Of a DNA stretch of 64,000 bases, positions 37,986 to 47,327 are shown piece by piece. The stretch lies in contig OY970342.1 in NCBI GenBank assembly GCA_963717505.1, positions 1,952,001 to 2,016,000 on the forward strand, in the 5' to 3' direction. The notes beneath the pieces are model-generated. The model was not told the origin of the DNA. It saw nothing but the letters and a program-made list of their open reading frames with translations, and ran no database searches. Made by a program: the position numbers and the translations under genes. The stretch comes from Candidatus Eiseniibacteriota bacterium (lineage in GTDB: Bacteria; Eisenbacteria; RBG-16-71-46). How positions within the stretch are numbered: position 1 is the first letter of the stretch; every line of letters begins with the position of its first letter.

Positions 37986-39046
37986 GACGATGACTCGCGC
38001 GAGATGGCGTGGACGATCAGCTCGTCGCCCGACTCGGGGTCGAACGGCATGCGCGCGGCCGCGACGCCCGCGGCGAGCTTTCCCCATGCGCGATCAGCCG
38101 CGCTCAGGCGGTCGTGCGAGCAACCGTGCGCACGCCGCGCCCGGCGCAACGACCGCGACGCGGCCTCGGCGAACGGCGTGGCCTTGGACGAAGTCTGCGC
38201 CCAGTCGATTGCGAACCTGCACTCGTCGAGCAAGCGCGCGAGCGGCGCGAGCCGGAATACCTGAAGGTGCCGGGGTGGCTCGAGGCCGCGCCAATCCCGC
38301 TTGAAACGCCGGTGAAGCCACGAGGCGGCGTTCGGGGTCTGGATCACGAGTCGACCGCTCGGGGCGAGAACGCGCCGGCATTCGCCCAGTGTTCGGCGTG
38401 GATCCGGAACGTGCTCGATCACATGGTTGAGCAGCACGGCGTCGAACGCACCGTCGGGATAGGCACGGCTCTCGAGCGTTCCGGCTTCGACGTCGAGCCC
38501 GCGGCGCCGCGCGGCCGCCACGGCTTCGGGGTCGGGCTCGATGCCCGCGACCTGCCAGCCCAGCGATCGCAGCCACTCCATGTTCGCTCCCGATCCGCAG
38601 CCGACGTCGAGCAGGCGACCGCGCCGCTCCCCGCGCAGGTAGAACACGCTCGCGTCCAGCCGCATGCGCAACGGCGGCAGGACGCCGGCGAACGCGCCCA
38701 ACGCGCGACCGGAGAGTGAAGGGCCAAGCTGTGCGTAGCCCCAAGTGTGCGCCAGGTATGCGTGCTTGGTCTCGAGGATCCACCCTGTGCTGCCGCCGCT
38801 CCGCGATTCCGCAAGATTGTCCTCGTGAGTCTGGTATCGCAGATAGGCCCGGGCCAAGTCCGAAGCAATCGGCGCCGGGTCGAGCCACAGCATGCCGCAC
38901 GGCTCGCGCGGGCAGCGGGCGACCGTCCACGATCCGGGGACTCCCCACACCGCGTCATCGAGATCGCGGTAGTGCGCAATCCCGGACGTCGAGCATGCCG
39001 GACATCTCGGGCGAGGCTCGGTGCGCAGCAGCGTGACTTCTCTCAT
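37982..39046 (-). CDS. Class I SAM-dependent methyltransferase with N-terminal Cys motifs
   Basis: CPAC...CPREPCG, LLDVGCGSG, GIEPD, NHVIEHVPDP, TPN, EPPRHL. Confidence 0.85.
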   Translation of the reverse strand: MREVTLLRTEPRPRCPACSTSGIAHYRDLDDAVWGVPGSWTVARCPREPCGMLWLDPAPIASDLARAYLRYQTHEDNLAESRSGGSTGWILETKHAYLAHTWGYAQLGPSLSGRALGAFAGVLPPLRMRLDASVFYLRGERRGRLLDVGCGSGANMEWLRSLGWQVAGIEPDPEAVAAARRRGLDVEAGTLESRAYPDGAFDAVLLNHVIEHVPDPRRTLGECRRVLAPSGRLVIQTPNAASWLHRRFKRDWRGLEPPRHLQVFRLAPLARLLDECRFAIDWAQTSSKATPFAEAASRSLRRARRAHGCSHDRLSAADRAWGKLAAGVAAARMPFDPESGDELIVHAISRESSS

Positions 39047-40533
39047 CAGGCGTCCCGGCCGGCCAGGAGTCGCAAGCGCTCGCCCATCCATGAGCGGTCT
39101 TCGGCGTCGAGCAGCCACCACCAGCCGATCGCGGCTGAAGAGAGCAGAACCGTCGCGGCGACCAACGCGCGCGCGCCGACGCCGGCCGGCAGCGAGACCG
39201 CGAACAGACCGGCGGCGGTCATCCCCAGCGCCGCCAGCCACGATGCGCCTTCCGGAGCGCCCGCAAGCGGCCGGCGCGCCATGACGAACAAGGCGACCGC
39301 GTCGATCGACGCGCGCAGCGACCACGCGGCGGCGGCAAACGAAATGCCACCCAGTCGGATGGCCCACGCGGTGATCAACAGCGCGAAGGGAGTCTCGATC
39401 AGGTGCAGTTTGGCGACGCGGTCGGAATGCCCCGCGGCCTGAAGCAGTGCGAACGGGACGTGAGCGACGCTGTTGACCACGATGCCGAATGACAGCCAGC
39501 GCAACACCGCGACCCCCGCCCCGGCGAAGTCGGGCCCGATCCACAGGCCGAGAATCTCGGGCGCAAACGCGTTGAGGACGAGCCCGAGGGGGAATACCAG
39601 CAGTAGCGTGACGATCACTCCGCGCCGGTGGAGTGCCCGCACCGTGCCGCGCTCGGCGGCGTGCTCGGCGGCGAACGACGGGAAGAGGACGCCGGCGAGT
39701 GCTGCCGGGATCACTAGAATGCGCGAGGCCAGCTCGAACGGCGTGGCGTAGTGCGCGACCGCCGCGGTCGAGATCATGCCCGCGATCAGCACCCGGTCGG
39801 AGTAGACGATGATCGGACCGACGATGTTGGTCACCGTCATCCAGCCGCCGTCGCGAACCAGGCCGGCGAGCAATTCCGGCTGGACGCGCAACCCACCGCG
39901 CAGCGCCGGCAGGACTCGCCATGCCGCCACCAGGTGGAGCAGCCAGGCCGCGGCCCGGCCTGCGGCCAAGGCCAGGATGATCGGCGGCAGCGATGGGGAT
40001 CGCTGGAGCAGGACGAGCGGCACGACGAACGTGTAGACGCCGAATCCGATCCGCAGTGCATTCGCGATTCCGAACCGCTGGTAGCCCTCGAGAATGCCGC
40101 GCAGCGTCGCGGTGCCGAGCACGAACGGGAGCGAGGCGGCGAGCCACAGCAGCGAGACCCGCATTTCCTCGCGCAGCTCGGCCGGCGTGCGCAGCCATCC
40201 GGCGATCGCGGGGGCGGCGAGCGCGAGCACGCCGCCGCCGATGGCGCCGAGCACCAGGGTGAACGCGAGTGCGGCGCCGGCCAGCTGGGGCAGATCCGCT
40301 TCGGCGCCCGCGCCCCGGCGCGTCGCGATCGAGCGGGTGAGGGCCCGGCCGACGCCGAGGTCGAACAGCGTGAGATACCCGAGCAGGGTCCAGGCGATCG
40401 CCAGAATGCCGAAGCGATCCGCGCCGAGCCCGCGGATCAGGATCGGGATCGCAAACGCGGCGACCAGCAGCGGAATGCCGAGCCCGAACAGATTCCACAC
40501 GGCATTGCGCGCGAGGGGGCTGAGTCCGTTCAT
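39046..40533 (-). CDS. Wzx-type flippase
   Basis: ARNAVWNLFG, LGADRFGIL, LFDLGVGRAL, GWMTVTNIVGP, DRVLI. Confidence 0.87.
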   Translation of the reverse strand: MNGLSPLARNAVWNLFGLGIPLLVAAFAIPILIRGLGADRFGILAIAWTLLGYLTLFDLGVGRALTRSIATRRGAGAEADLPQLAGAALAFTLVLGAIGGGVLALAAPAIAGWLRTPAELREEMRVSLLWLAASLPFVLGTATLRGILEGYQRFGIANALRIGFGVYTFVVPLVLLQRSPSLPPIILALAAGRAAAWLLHLVAAWRVLPALRGGLRVQPELLAGLVRDGGWMTVTNIVGPIIVYSDRVLIAGMISTAAVAHYATPFELASRILVIPAALAGVLFPSFAAEHAAERGTVRALHRRGVIVTLLLVFPLGLVLNAFAPEILGLWIGPDFAGAGVAVLRWLSFGIVVNSVAHVPFALLQAAGHSDRVAKLHLIETPFALLITAWAIRLGGISFAAAAWSLRASIDAVALFVMARRPLAGAPEGASWLAALGMTAAGLFAVSLPAGVGARALVAATVLLSSAAIGWWWLLDAEDRSWMGERLRLLAGRDA

Positions 40534-40670
40534 GTTCCTCGAGTGGGCGGCATACGGCTCGCGAAGCAGCCCAGTCTTTCCGCGGCCACCCGGCGTGTCA
40601 ACCGCGGCCCACACCGGTCCCGTGTGCCTCGCTGTTCCGGTTCGCCAGGGTGCGCCTATAGTCCGCAGCC

Positions 40671-41402
40671 ATGAGCCGCGCCTGTTCCGACGTGCTCGAA
40701 CACGTCCGTCTCGCGATCCGCGAGTTGCTCGTCGCCCTGCCGCGTAACGGCAACCGCCCCCGAACCTTGCTCGACGTTGGTTGCTGGGATGGCGTCGAGA
40801 CCATGCGCTACGCGGAGCTGCTCGGCGCGCGCGCGCACGGGATCGAGGTGTTCCCCGAGCCGGCCGCGGACGCCGAGCGCCGCGGTGTCACGGTCGCGCG
40901 CGTCGATCTCGAGCGCGATCGTTTCCCGTGGCCCGATGCCAGCTTCGACGTGGTCATCGCCAACCAGGTGTTCGAGCACCTGAAGAACATCTGGCTCCCG
41001 ATGTCCGAGATGCATCGGGTGACGCGCACCGGCGGCTGGCTGGTGATCTCGGTGCCCAATCTCGGCAGTCTCCACAACCGGGCACTGATGCTGCTCGGCC
41101 GGCAGCCGACTTCGATCCGCACGTTCGGCCCGCACGTGCGCGGCTACGCCGCCGGCGAGTTCGCGCGTTTCGTCGAGTACGCTGGGGCGTGGCGGATCGA
41201 GCGGCGCGTGGGGGTCGGCTTCTATCCGCTGCCCGCTCGACTTGCAGCACCAATCGCGCGCGCCTGGAGCGGGGCGAGTCACACCACGGTGTTGCTCGCG
41301 CGCAAGCCGGAAGCCGCGCCGTCTGCGCCCTGGCTCGAGTTCGTCAACCAGGGCGAACAGGCGCTCCAGACGTTCTACGCCGCCGAATCGCGTCGCGGCT
41401 GA
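40671..41402 (+). CDS. Class I SAM-dependent methyltransferase
   Basis: LLDVGCWDG, FDVVIANQVFEHL, ISVPNL. Confidence 0.85.
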   Translation: MSRACSDVLEHVRLAIRELLVALPRNGNRPRTLLDVGCWDGVETMRYAELLGARAHGIEVFPEPAADAERRGVTVARVDLERDRFPWPDASFDVVIANQVFEHLKNIWLPMSEMHRVTRTGGWLVISVPNLGSLHNRALMLLGRQPTSIRTFGPHVRGYAAGEFARFVEYAGAWRIERRVGVGFYPLPARLAAPIARAWSGASHTTVLLARKPEAAPSAPWLEFVNQGEQALQTFYAAESRRG

Positions 41403-42580
41403 GCGGCGCGCCACGCGGATCGGTGGCGCTCGAACGCAGCGCGAAACTCGCGGTCGAACCGATCCTCCGAAAAGGGTCGGGCGCGCGCCGGCAGCGATGC
41501 GCGATCGACCGGATCGGCTTCCAGCGCCTGGATCGCGGCCGTGACGCCTTCGACACTCTGGGCGCCGAACAGCACGCCGCCCGGAACCCGCGCGACACCG
41601 CCGGCGGCGACGCGCGCGAGCGACTCGGGGTTGGCGTCGCGGCCGATCGTTTCCACCGCGCCGCCGCGGCCGTAGGCGATCACCGGGCAACCGCTGGCCA
41701 TGGCCTCGACCGGAACGATGCCGAAGTCTTCTTCGCCGGGGAAGATCAGGGCTTCCGCCCGGCGGTAGAGTTCCGCCAGGTGCGCGTCCGACGCCCAGCC
41801 GATGAACTCGACTCCGTGACCGTCGGCAGCCGCGCGCAGCGTGCGCTCCTCCTGCCCGGTGCCGACCACGATCACGCGGCGCCCGAGTTTCACGCAGGCC
41901 TCGATCGCCAGCTCACCGCGCTTGTACGGCGCGAACGCGCCGGCCAGCAGGTAGAACGGCCGCCCGATCACGTCGCCGGCGCTCGACGGCTCTGGTGGCG
42001 CGGTGGCGAAACGCGCCACGTCGACCGGCGGATAGATCACGTCGGCGTCGCGACCATAGTGGCGTTTGATGCGTTCGGCGACGTGGGCCGAGTTGCACAC
42101 CATCGCGCTCGGGCGATCGCTGGTGGCGCGGTCCCATTGCCGCAGCCCGGCGACCGTGTGACGCACGTACGCCGAGAGCGGCCAGGGGAACTTTCCGGGC
42201 GGAAAGTAGACCGGCTCGAGCTCGTAGATGTAGCGCATCGGCGTGTGGATGTAGCTCAGGTGGAATTGTCCGGGCCGGGTGCGCACGCTCTTGGCCACGC
42301 AGTGGCTCGAGGAGACGATGACGTCGAACTCGGACAGATCGAATGCCTCGATCGCGCGGGGGAACAGAGGCAGGTACCAGCGGTAGCGCCGGACGGCGTC
42401 CGGCAGGCGCTGGACGAACGAGGGCTGGATCGGATGCGCTTCGATCGCGGGGGTCACGCCTCCGGGCTTCCAGACCAGCGTGTAGATCGGAGCGTCGGGG
42501 AACAGCAGGCACAGACGTTCGAACAATCGTTCGCCGCCGCGCATGCCGACCAGCCAGTCGTGAACCAGGGCGACTTTCAT
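41375..42580 (-). CDS. Glycosyltransferase family 4 (WbaZ-like)
   Basis: VALVHDWLVGMRGGER, SSSHCVAK, YIHTPMRY, IYPPVD, PYKR, EEDFGIVPVEAMASG. Confidence 0.9.
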   Translation of the reverse strand: MKVALVHDWLVGMRGGERLFERLCLLFPDAPIYTLVWKPGGVTPAIEAHPIQPSFVQRLPDAVRRYRWYLPLFPRAIEAFDLSEFDVIVSSSHCVAKSVRTRPGQFHLSYIHTPMRYIYELEPVYFPPGKFPWPLSAYVRHTVAGLRQWDRATSDRPSAMVCNSAHVAERIKRHYGRDADVIYPPVDVARFATAPPEPSSAGDVIGRPFYLLAGAFAPYKRGELAIEACVKLGRRVIVVGTGQEERTLRAAADGHGVEFIGWASDAHLAELYRRAEALIFPGEEDFGIVPVEAMASGCPVIAYGRGGAVETIGRDANPESLARVAAGGVARVPGGVLFGAQSVEGVTAAIQALEADPVDRASLPARARPFSEDRFDREFRAAFERHRSAWRAAQPRRDSAA

Positions 42581-43989
42581 TTGAGAAGGCGCTCGGCGGG
42601 CTCGCGCCCGTGCTGGGCGGGCTCGCGTCGGCCCTCGGCCGGCTCGCGTCGGCCCTCGGCGGGCTCGCGTCGTCGCTCGGCAGGCTCGCGTTTGAACTTG
42701 TTGGCGACGCGATCCACCACGCGTCGGGCGCGTTCGACCAGCGTCGGCCGCGGGCGCTCCCAGCCGCGCGCCGCCCACGCGAGTCCGGCGAGAACGTAGA
42801 GCGGGTAGAGCACTTCCTCATCGCCCAGGTTCCACTCGAAGAGACCCGAGACCATGAAGGCCGCAAGTGCCCCCAGCACGCCGAGGCGGAGTCCGGCGGC
42901 GAGCCGCTCATCTTCGGCGCGATCTCCGTGGGCGCGGCGGGCGGCGCGCAACATGGGCCTCAGCCCCTGAGTGGCGCAACGGAACAGTCCGACGACGAGC
43001 AGAGCCAGGGCCGCGAGGCCGACGACGCCCATGGTCGCGGCGACGTGGATGGGAACGCTGTGCAGGTGCCCCGCTCGTTCATGTGCTTCCGGCGGACGGT
43101 AGCGATCGTAGATCGGTTTCAAATCCTGGAGTCCGACGCCGGTGATTGGATGATCGCGGAGCATCTGGAGTCCTGCGCTCCACATGTGCGTGCGCTCGAC
43201 GTTGGTTTCGTGGCGAGGGTCGACGATGCTGGTGACTCGGTCTCTAAGCGGCGCCGGTGCGAACGGAAACGCGACGAGCACGACCAGCACCAGTGCGGCC
43301 ACCCAACGTGCGCGCCACAGCGCGAGGAGCAGTGCGGCCGAAACCAGCGTGCCGAGCCACGCGCTCCGCGTGTAGGTGACGATCAGACACAAGAGACCCA
43401 AAGTGGCAACGGCGGCGGCAACCCGGCGCCATCGGCCGCGGCTGACGAGCGCGATCCCGAGTGCGACGCTGGCGATCAACTCGAGCTGGCCCGCGAAGGT
43501 CATGTAGTGACCGCTCGGGCCTCGTGCGCGCGCCGGGTAGGTTGCGCCCTGGAGCAGGTAGCCCCCGAGGCCGACCAGCCAGGCCACCCCGGAGGAGGCG
43601 AGCAGGACGGCAACGGCTCGCCGGCCGGACTCGAGAGTCCTGGCATGCCAGGCAGCCAGTGGGACCAGGGCGGGGAACAGGCCCTTGGTGAGCCGTGCGG
43701 CGCTGGCCGCCGGATCCTCGGCGAACGCGGCGGAGAGTCCCAAAGCGCCAATCCAGGCCAAAGCCCCCCAGGTCATTGGAGTCGTGAGCCAGGATCGGTC
43801 CCGGTTGGCCAGCCAGATCGGCACAGTCGATGCAGCGACCAGGGCCACCGCCACCGACATCGGGGCGATGGACCAAGGCAGGGCCAGGATTAGCAACAGG
43901 AAACAATGGGCTGCTACCCGATGGAGCCAGGGCAGGCCCGGACTGGTAGCGACCGCCGGGGTCGATCTCAGAGGAGTCGCTCCGAGCAT
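42577..43989 (-). CDS. O-antigen ligase (WaaL)-family protein with C-terminal REPAxxR repeats
   Basis: TYTRSAW, NVERTHMW, HPITGVG, HLHSVP, GLFEWNLGDEEV. Confidence 0.82.
   Translation of the reverse strand: MLGATPLRSTPAVATSPGLPWLHRVAAHCFLLLILALPWSIAPMSVAVALVAASTVPIWLANRDRSWLTTPMTWGALAWIGALGLSAAFAEDPAASAARLTKGLFPALVPLAAWHARTLESGRRAVAVLLASSGVAWLVGLGGYLLQGATYPARARGPSGHYMTFAGQLELIASVALGIALVSRGRWRRVAAAVATLGLLCLIVTYTRSAWLGTLVSAALLLALWRARWVAALVLVVLVAFPFAPAPLRDRVTSIVDPRHETNVERTHMWSAGLQMLRDHPITGVGLQDLKPIYDRYRPPEAHERAGHLHSVPIHVAATMGVVGLAALALLVVGLFRCATQGLRPMLRAARRAHGDRAEDERLAAGLRLGVLGALAAFMVSGLFEWNLGDEEVLYPLYVLAGLAWAARGWERPRPTLVERARRVVDRVANKFKREPAERRREPAEGRREPAEGRREPAQHGREPAERLLK
42599..42690. repeat. 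Tandem repeat, 21-bp period, five GGCTCGCG cores
   Basis: GGCTCGCG starts at 42599, 42620, 42641, 42662 and 42683; encodes REPAERR/REPAEGR on the minus strand. Confidence 0.9.
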
Positions 43990-44381
43990 CGTGGGTGGTT
44001 GTTGGAATTGCAGAACGCCATGGGATCGATGGTTTGACGCTTTTCGTTAAGGGTACATGTGTTCTGTGCGTGACAAGCCCCTTGCTGATGTGCGAGACTA
44101 TCTGCACCCGAAACGCGGCGCCTTGCGATTCGCATGGTCCGCTCCCTCACCACGAACCTCAACCTGCTGCGCAGGAGAGCCCGACCGAGACCCAGTTGCT
44201 ACCCGCTTGACTTCGAAACGGTTGGAGTCGCAGTACGGTTCACGTCAGCCACTTCCTCAAACACCCTACAACGCCTCTGCGTGTTTCTGCGCATGGTTTT
44301 CGAACTTTGGAAGATCGGTGTGGCCGCCGATACCCCGACCGGGTTCCAGCTCGAAAGCCAGACGAGATGAGAGGGAAGAGC

Positions 44382-45380
44382 ATGAGAGTCCTCGTCACAG
44401 GGGGTGCAGGCTTCATCGGGTCCCACCTCTGCGAGGCGCTGCTGAATCGCGGCGCCGAGGTATGGGCACTCGATGATCTCTCCACAGGCCGCCTCGAGAA
44501 CCTTCGCTCGTTCGAGCGACATCCCCGCTTTCGCTTTCTCGAGGGCAACGTCACCGACTCGGCACTGGTCCACGGTCTAGTCGCCCAGTGCGATAGGGTG
44601 TTTCATCTCGCCGCCGCCGTCGGCGTCAAATACGTGCTCGAGAACCCGCTCCGGTCGCTGATCACGAACATCCGCGGCACGGAGGTAGTTCTCGAAGCAT
44701 GCGCGGAACACATGCGTAAGGTCATGGTGTTCTCGAGCAGCGAGGTCTACGGGAAGGGCGTCTCGGTGCCGTTCTCCGAGGACGACGACCGGGTCATGGG
44801 CCCGACGCACAAGCTGCGTTGGTCCTATGCCTGCGGTAAGGCCGTCGACGAGTGTCTGGCACAGGCGTACTACCAGCAACGACAGCTGCCGGTGATCGTC
44901 GTGCGATGTTTCAATACCTGCGGACCCCGCCAAACCGGCTCGTACGGCATGGTGATCCCGAACATGATTGCTCGGGCCCTGCGCGACGAGCCGATTCTCG
45001 TGTTTGGCGACGGCCAGCAGTCGCGTTGCTTCTCGGCCGTTCATGACGTCGTGCACGGCGTCCTCCTGCTCGCCGACAAGCCCGAATCCTACGGGCACGT
45101 GTTCAACGTCGGCAGCGACGAGGAGACCACCGTGCTCGAGCTGGCTCAGAAGATCCGTACGATGTGTGAGAGCCGGTCCGAGATCGAGTTCGTGCCGTAC
45201 GAGAAGGTGTACGGCAGTTCCTTCGAAGACATGCGTCGCCGCGTTCCCGACCTGAACAAGATCCACCGGTTCGTCGGGTACCGGCCGCAGCATAAGCTCA
45301 CTCACTTGCTGGAGATGACGATTCGGGACATGTGCGAACAGATGAGTGTTCCCTGTCCCGTGAAGCTGCAGACCGCCTAA
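44382..45380 (+). CDS. NAD-dependent epimerase/dehydratase (UDP-sugar)
   Basis: TGGAGFIGSHL, HLAAAVGV, SSSEVYG, RWSYACGK, FNTCGPRQ, FEDMRRRVPD; GAGGG before the ATG. Confidence 0.88.
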   Translation: MRVLVTGGAGFIGSHLCEALLNRGAEVWALDDLSTGRLENLRSFERHPRFRFLEGNVTDSALVHGLVAQCDRVFHLAAAVGVKYVLENPLRSLITNIRGTEVVLEACAEHMRKVMVFSSSEVYGKGVSVPFSEDDDRVMGPTHKLRWSYACGKAVDECLAQAYYQQRQLPVIVVRCFNTCGPRQTGSYGMVIPNMIARALRDEPILVFGDGQQSRCFSAVHDVVHGVLLLADKPESYGHVFNVGSDEETTVLELAQKIRTMCESRSEIEFVPYEKVYGSSFEDMRRRVPDLNKIHRFVGYRPQHKLTHLLEMTIRDMCEQMSVPCPVKLQTA

Positions 45381-45410
45381 ACGGATTTCCGCGGTCTGAC
45401 TCCATAGGAC

Positions 45411-46433
45411 ATGGTGCTCGCGACCGCGTTCGTTCTGGCGCTGGTACTGGCGCTCGTGCTGACTCCGGTAGGTACACGGATGGCATGGGCGACCGGATAC
45501 CTGGATCATCCTGAAGCAAGGAAGTTGCACACCACCGCAACCGCTTTGTTAGGCGGGGCGGTGGTTTTCGTTTCGGCGCTGATCGCGTGGGGCGCATCGC
45601 TCAAGACGCGATCGGTCAGTGTCGAGAGCGAAGTGCCCTTCATTCTCGCGGGCGCCGTCCTGGTCCTTGCGATCGGGATGTGGGACGACCGGTTCGGGAT
45701 GAACCCCCGGATCAAGCTGGTCGGCCAGGGGGTCGCGGCGGCCCTGCTGCTCGCCTCCGGACATGTTCCCGACTTCGGCCTCCCGGGTCCGCTGAACGCC
45801 CTGCTCGCGTTGGTCTCGCTGGTCGCACTGATGAACGCGATCAACTTCCTCGACAACATGAACGGGGTGGTCGGGGGGCTCGCGGCCATCGCGATGGGCG
45901 GGTTCGCGCTCCACTCGTGGACCCGGGGGGCGCCGGTCCTGGCGGCCGCCCAGCTGGCCGTGGCGGGCGCCTGCATCGGATTCCTGCGCTACAACTTCCC
46001 CAAGGCGCGCATCTTCCTCGGCGACGCCGGCAGCCTGTTCCTCGGCTATTGCTTGGGCGCGTCGGCCCTTCTCGCGTATGATGCCGCCCCAATGGGCTGG
46101 GGGCGCGCGGGCGCCATCCTGATCCTCGGCTACCCGGCGTTCGACCTGTTCTTCGTCGTGATCACTCGCCTCCGCGACGGCCGCAAGGTGTCGCAGGGCG
46201 GAAAAGACCACACCAACCACAGACTGGCGACCATCATCGGATGTCCAATCAAGACCGTTCTCCTGGTATGGCTCAGTGGGGCCGGCCTCTGCGCAAGCGG
46301 ACTCGCGGTCCTCAGCCTCAATCAGACCCTGCCGTCGCTCCTGCTGTTGGGCCTGTGGAGCATCCTCTTTCTGGTGGCGGGGCTGAAACTATCGTCCGTT
46401 CCGGTCGCAACGGCTCCCACGCCCCGGACCTGA
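45411..46433 (+). CDS. WecA/TagO (MraY-family) polyprenyl-phosphate HexNAc-1-P transferase
   Basis: RKLH, LLGG, GMWDD, NAINFLDNMNG, FLRYNFPKARIFLGDAGS, DHTNHRL. Confidence 0.88.
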   Translation: MVLATAFVLALVLALVLTPVGTRMAWATGYLDHPEARKLHTTATALLGGAVVFVSALIAWGASLKTRSVSVESEVPFILAGAVLVLAIGMWDDRFGMNPRIKLVGQGVAAALLLASGHVPDFGLPGPLNALLALVSLVALMNAINFLDNMNGVVGGLAAIAMGGFALHSWTRGAPVLAAAQLAVAGACIGFLRYNFPKARIFLGDAGSLFLGYCLGASALLAYDAAPMGWGRAGAILILGYPAFDLFFVVITRLRDGRKVSQGGKDHTNHRLATIIGCPIKTVLLVWLSGAGLCASGLAVLSLNQTLPSLLLLGLWSILFLVAGLKLSSVPVATAPTPRT

Positions 46434-46765
46434 CCGGGCGCGAACCCGAGCTTCGCGAGCAGGAAGGTCGGCGCGAGCCGGAAAGCCGGCGCGAGCCGGA
46501 AAGCCGTCGCGAACCGGATGCCGACGACGGCAAGCTGCGCGACCTGGTCGTGACGCTGGCGCGCGGACTCGTCGACAACCCGGACGACGTCCGGGTCGAG
46601 ATCCTCGGCGTCGGCCAGGAAACCAGCCTGGAGCTGTACGTCCACGGCGACGACCTGGGTCACGTGATCGGCAAGCAGGGGCGTACCGCGCGCGCGCTGC
46701 GCCAGGTGCTCGGCGCCGCTGCCGCCCTGGGCGGGCGCAAGGCATCGCTCGAGATCGCCGACTGA
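46430..46765 (+). CDS. khpA: KH-domain RNA-binding protein KhpA (start uncertain)
   Basis: LVDNPDDV, DDLGHVIGKQGRTARALR; position upstream of rimM; no ATG near the domain start. Confidence 0.85.
   Translation: MTGREPELREQEGRREPESRREPESRREPDADDGKLRDLVVTLARGLVDNPDDVRVEILGVGQETSLELYVHGDDLGHVIGKQGRTARALRQVLGAAAALGGRKASLEIAD
46439..46515. repeat. Tandem repeat, 15/18-bp period, five CGCGARC cores
   Basis: Cores at 46439, 46454, 46472, 46490 and 46508; encodes REPELREQEGRREPESRREPESRREPD. Confidence 0.85.
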
Positions 46766-46817
46766 TCTCGACGACCGGCGCGGGCTCCGGCCCGGGCCGC
46801 AGCGGAACGGCGACGCC

Positions 46818-47327
46818 ATGACTCTGGTTCGGATCGGGCGCCTGGGGCGGACCCACGGCCTCCACGGCGAGGTCTATCTCGACGACTGCGGGCTCGAGCC
46901 GGATACGTTGAGAGACATCGGATCCTTCGTCTGGAGCGGGGCGAACGGCGTCCAACGCCCATTGACTCTGGCCGAGGTGCGACCCGCCGATACGCGTCTG
47001 CTGGTTCGATTCGCCGGCGTTTCGAGCCGCGAAGCGGCCGCACCACTGACCAACGGCGGGCTCATGGCGGAGGAGAGCAAGATCCCCGACGCCGGTCCGG
47101 GCGCCGCCTACCAGTTCCAGTTGGTCGGACTCGAAGTCCGCACCGCTGAGGGTCGCGTGCTCGGCACGGTGGCCGATGCGTTTCCCACCGGGGCCAACTG
47201 GGTTTACGTCGTGCGCGGCGAGCGCGAACTGATGATCCCGGCGCACGCCGACACCATCCTGAGCGTCGATCTCGAAGCGAGGCGGATCACCGTGGCGTTG
47301 CCGGCCGGGCTCGAGGAGTCGCAGTGA
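46818..47327 (+). CDS. rimM: Ribosome maturation factor RimM
   Basis: IGRLGRTHGLHGEV, YQFQLVGLEV, TGANWVYVV, LMIPA, LPAGL; synteny. Confidence 0.92.
   Translation: MTLVRIGRLGRTHGLHGEVYLDDCGLEPDTLRDIGSFVWSGANGVQRPLTLAEVRPADTRLLVRFAGVSSREAAAPLTNGGLMAEESKIPDAGPGAAYQFQLVGLEVRTAEGRVLGTVADAFPTGANWVYVVRGERELMIPAHADTILSVDLEARRITVALPAGLEESQ

Noticed and set aside
42599-42690. Possible CRISPR-like array
   Set aside because: Tandem 21-bp in-frame units with near-identical intervening sequence, no unique spacers and no cas genes
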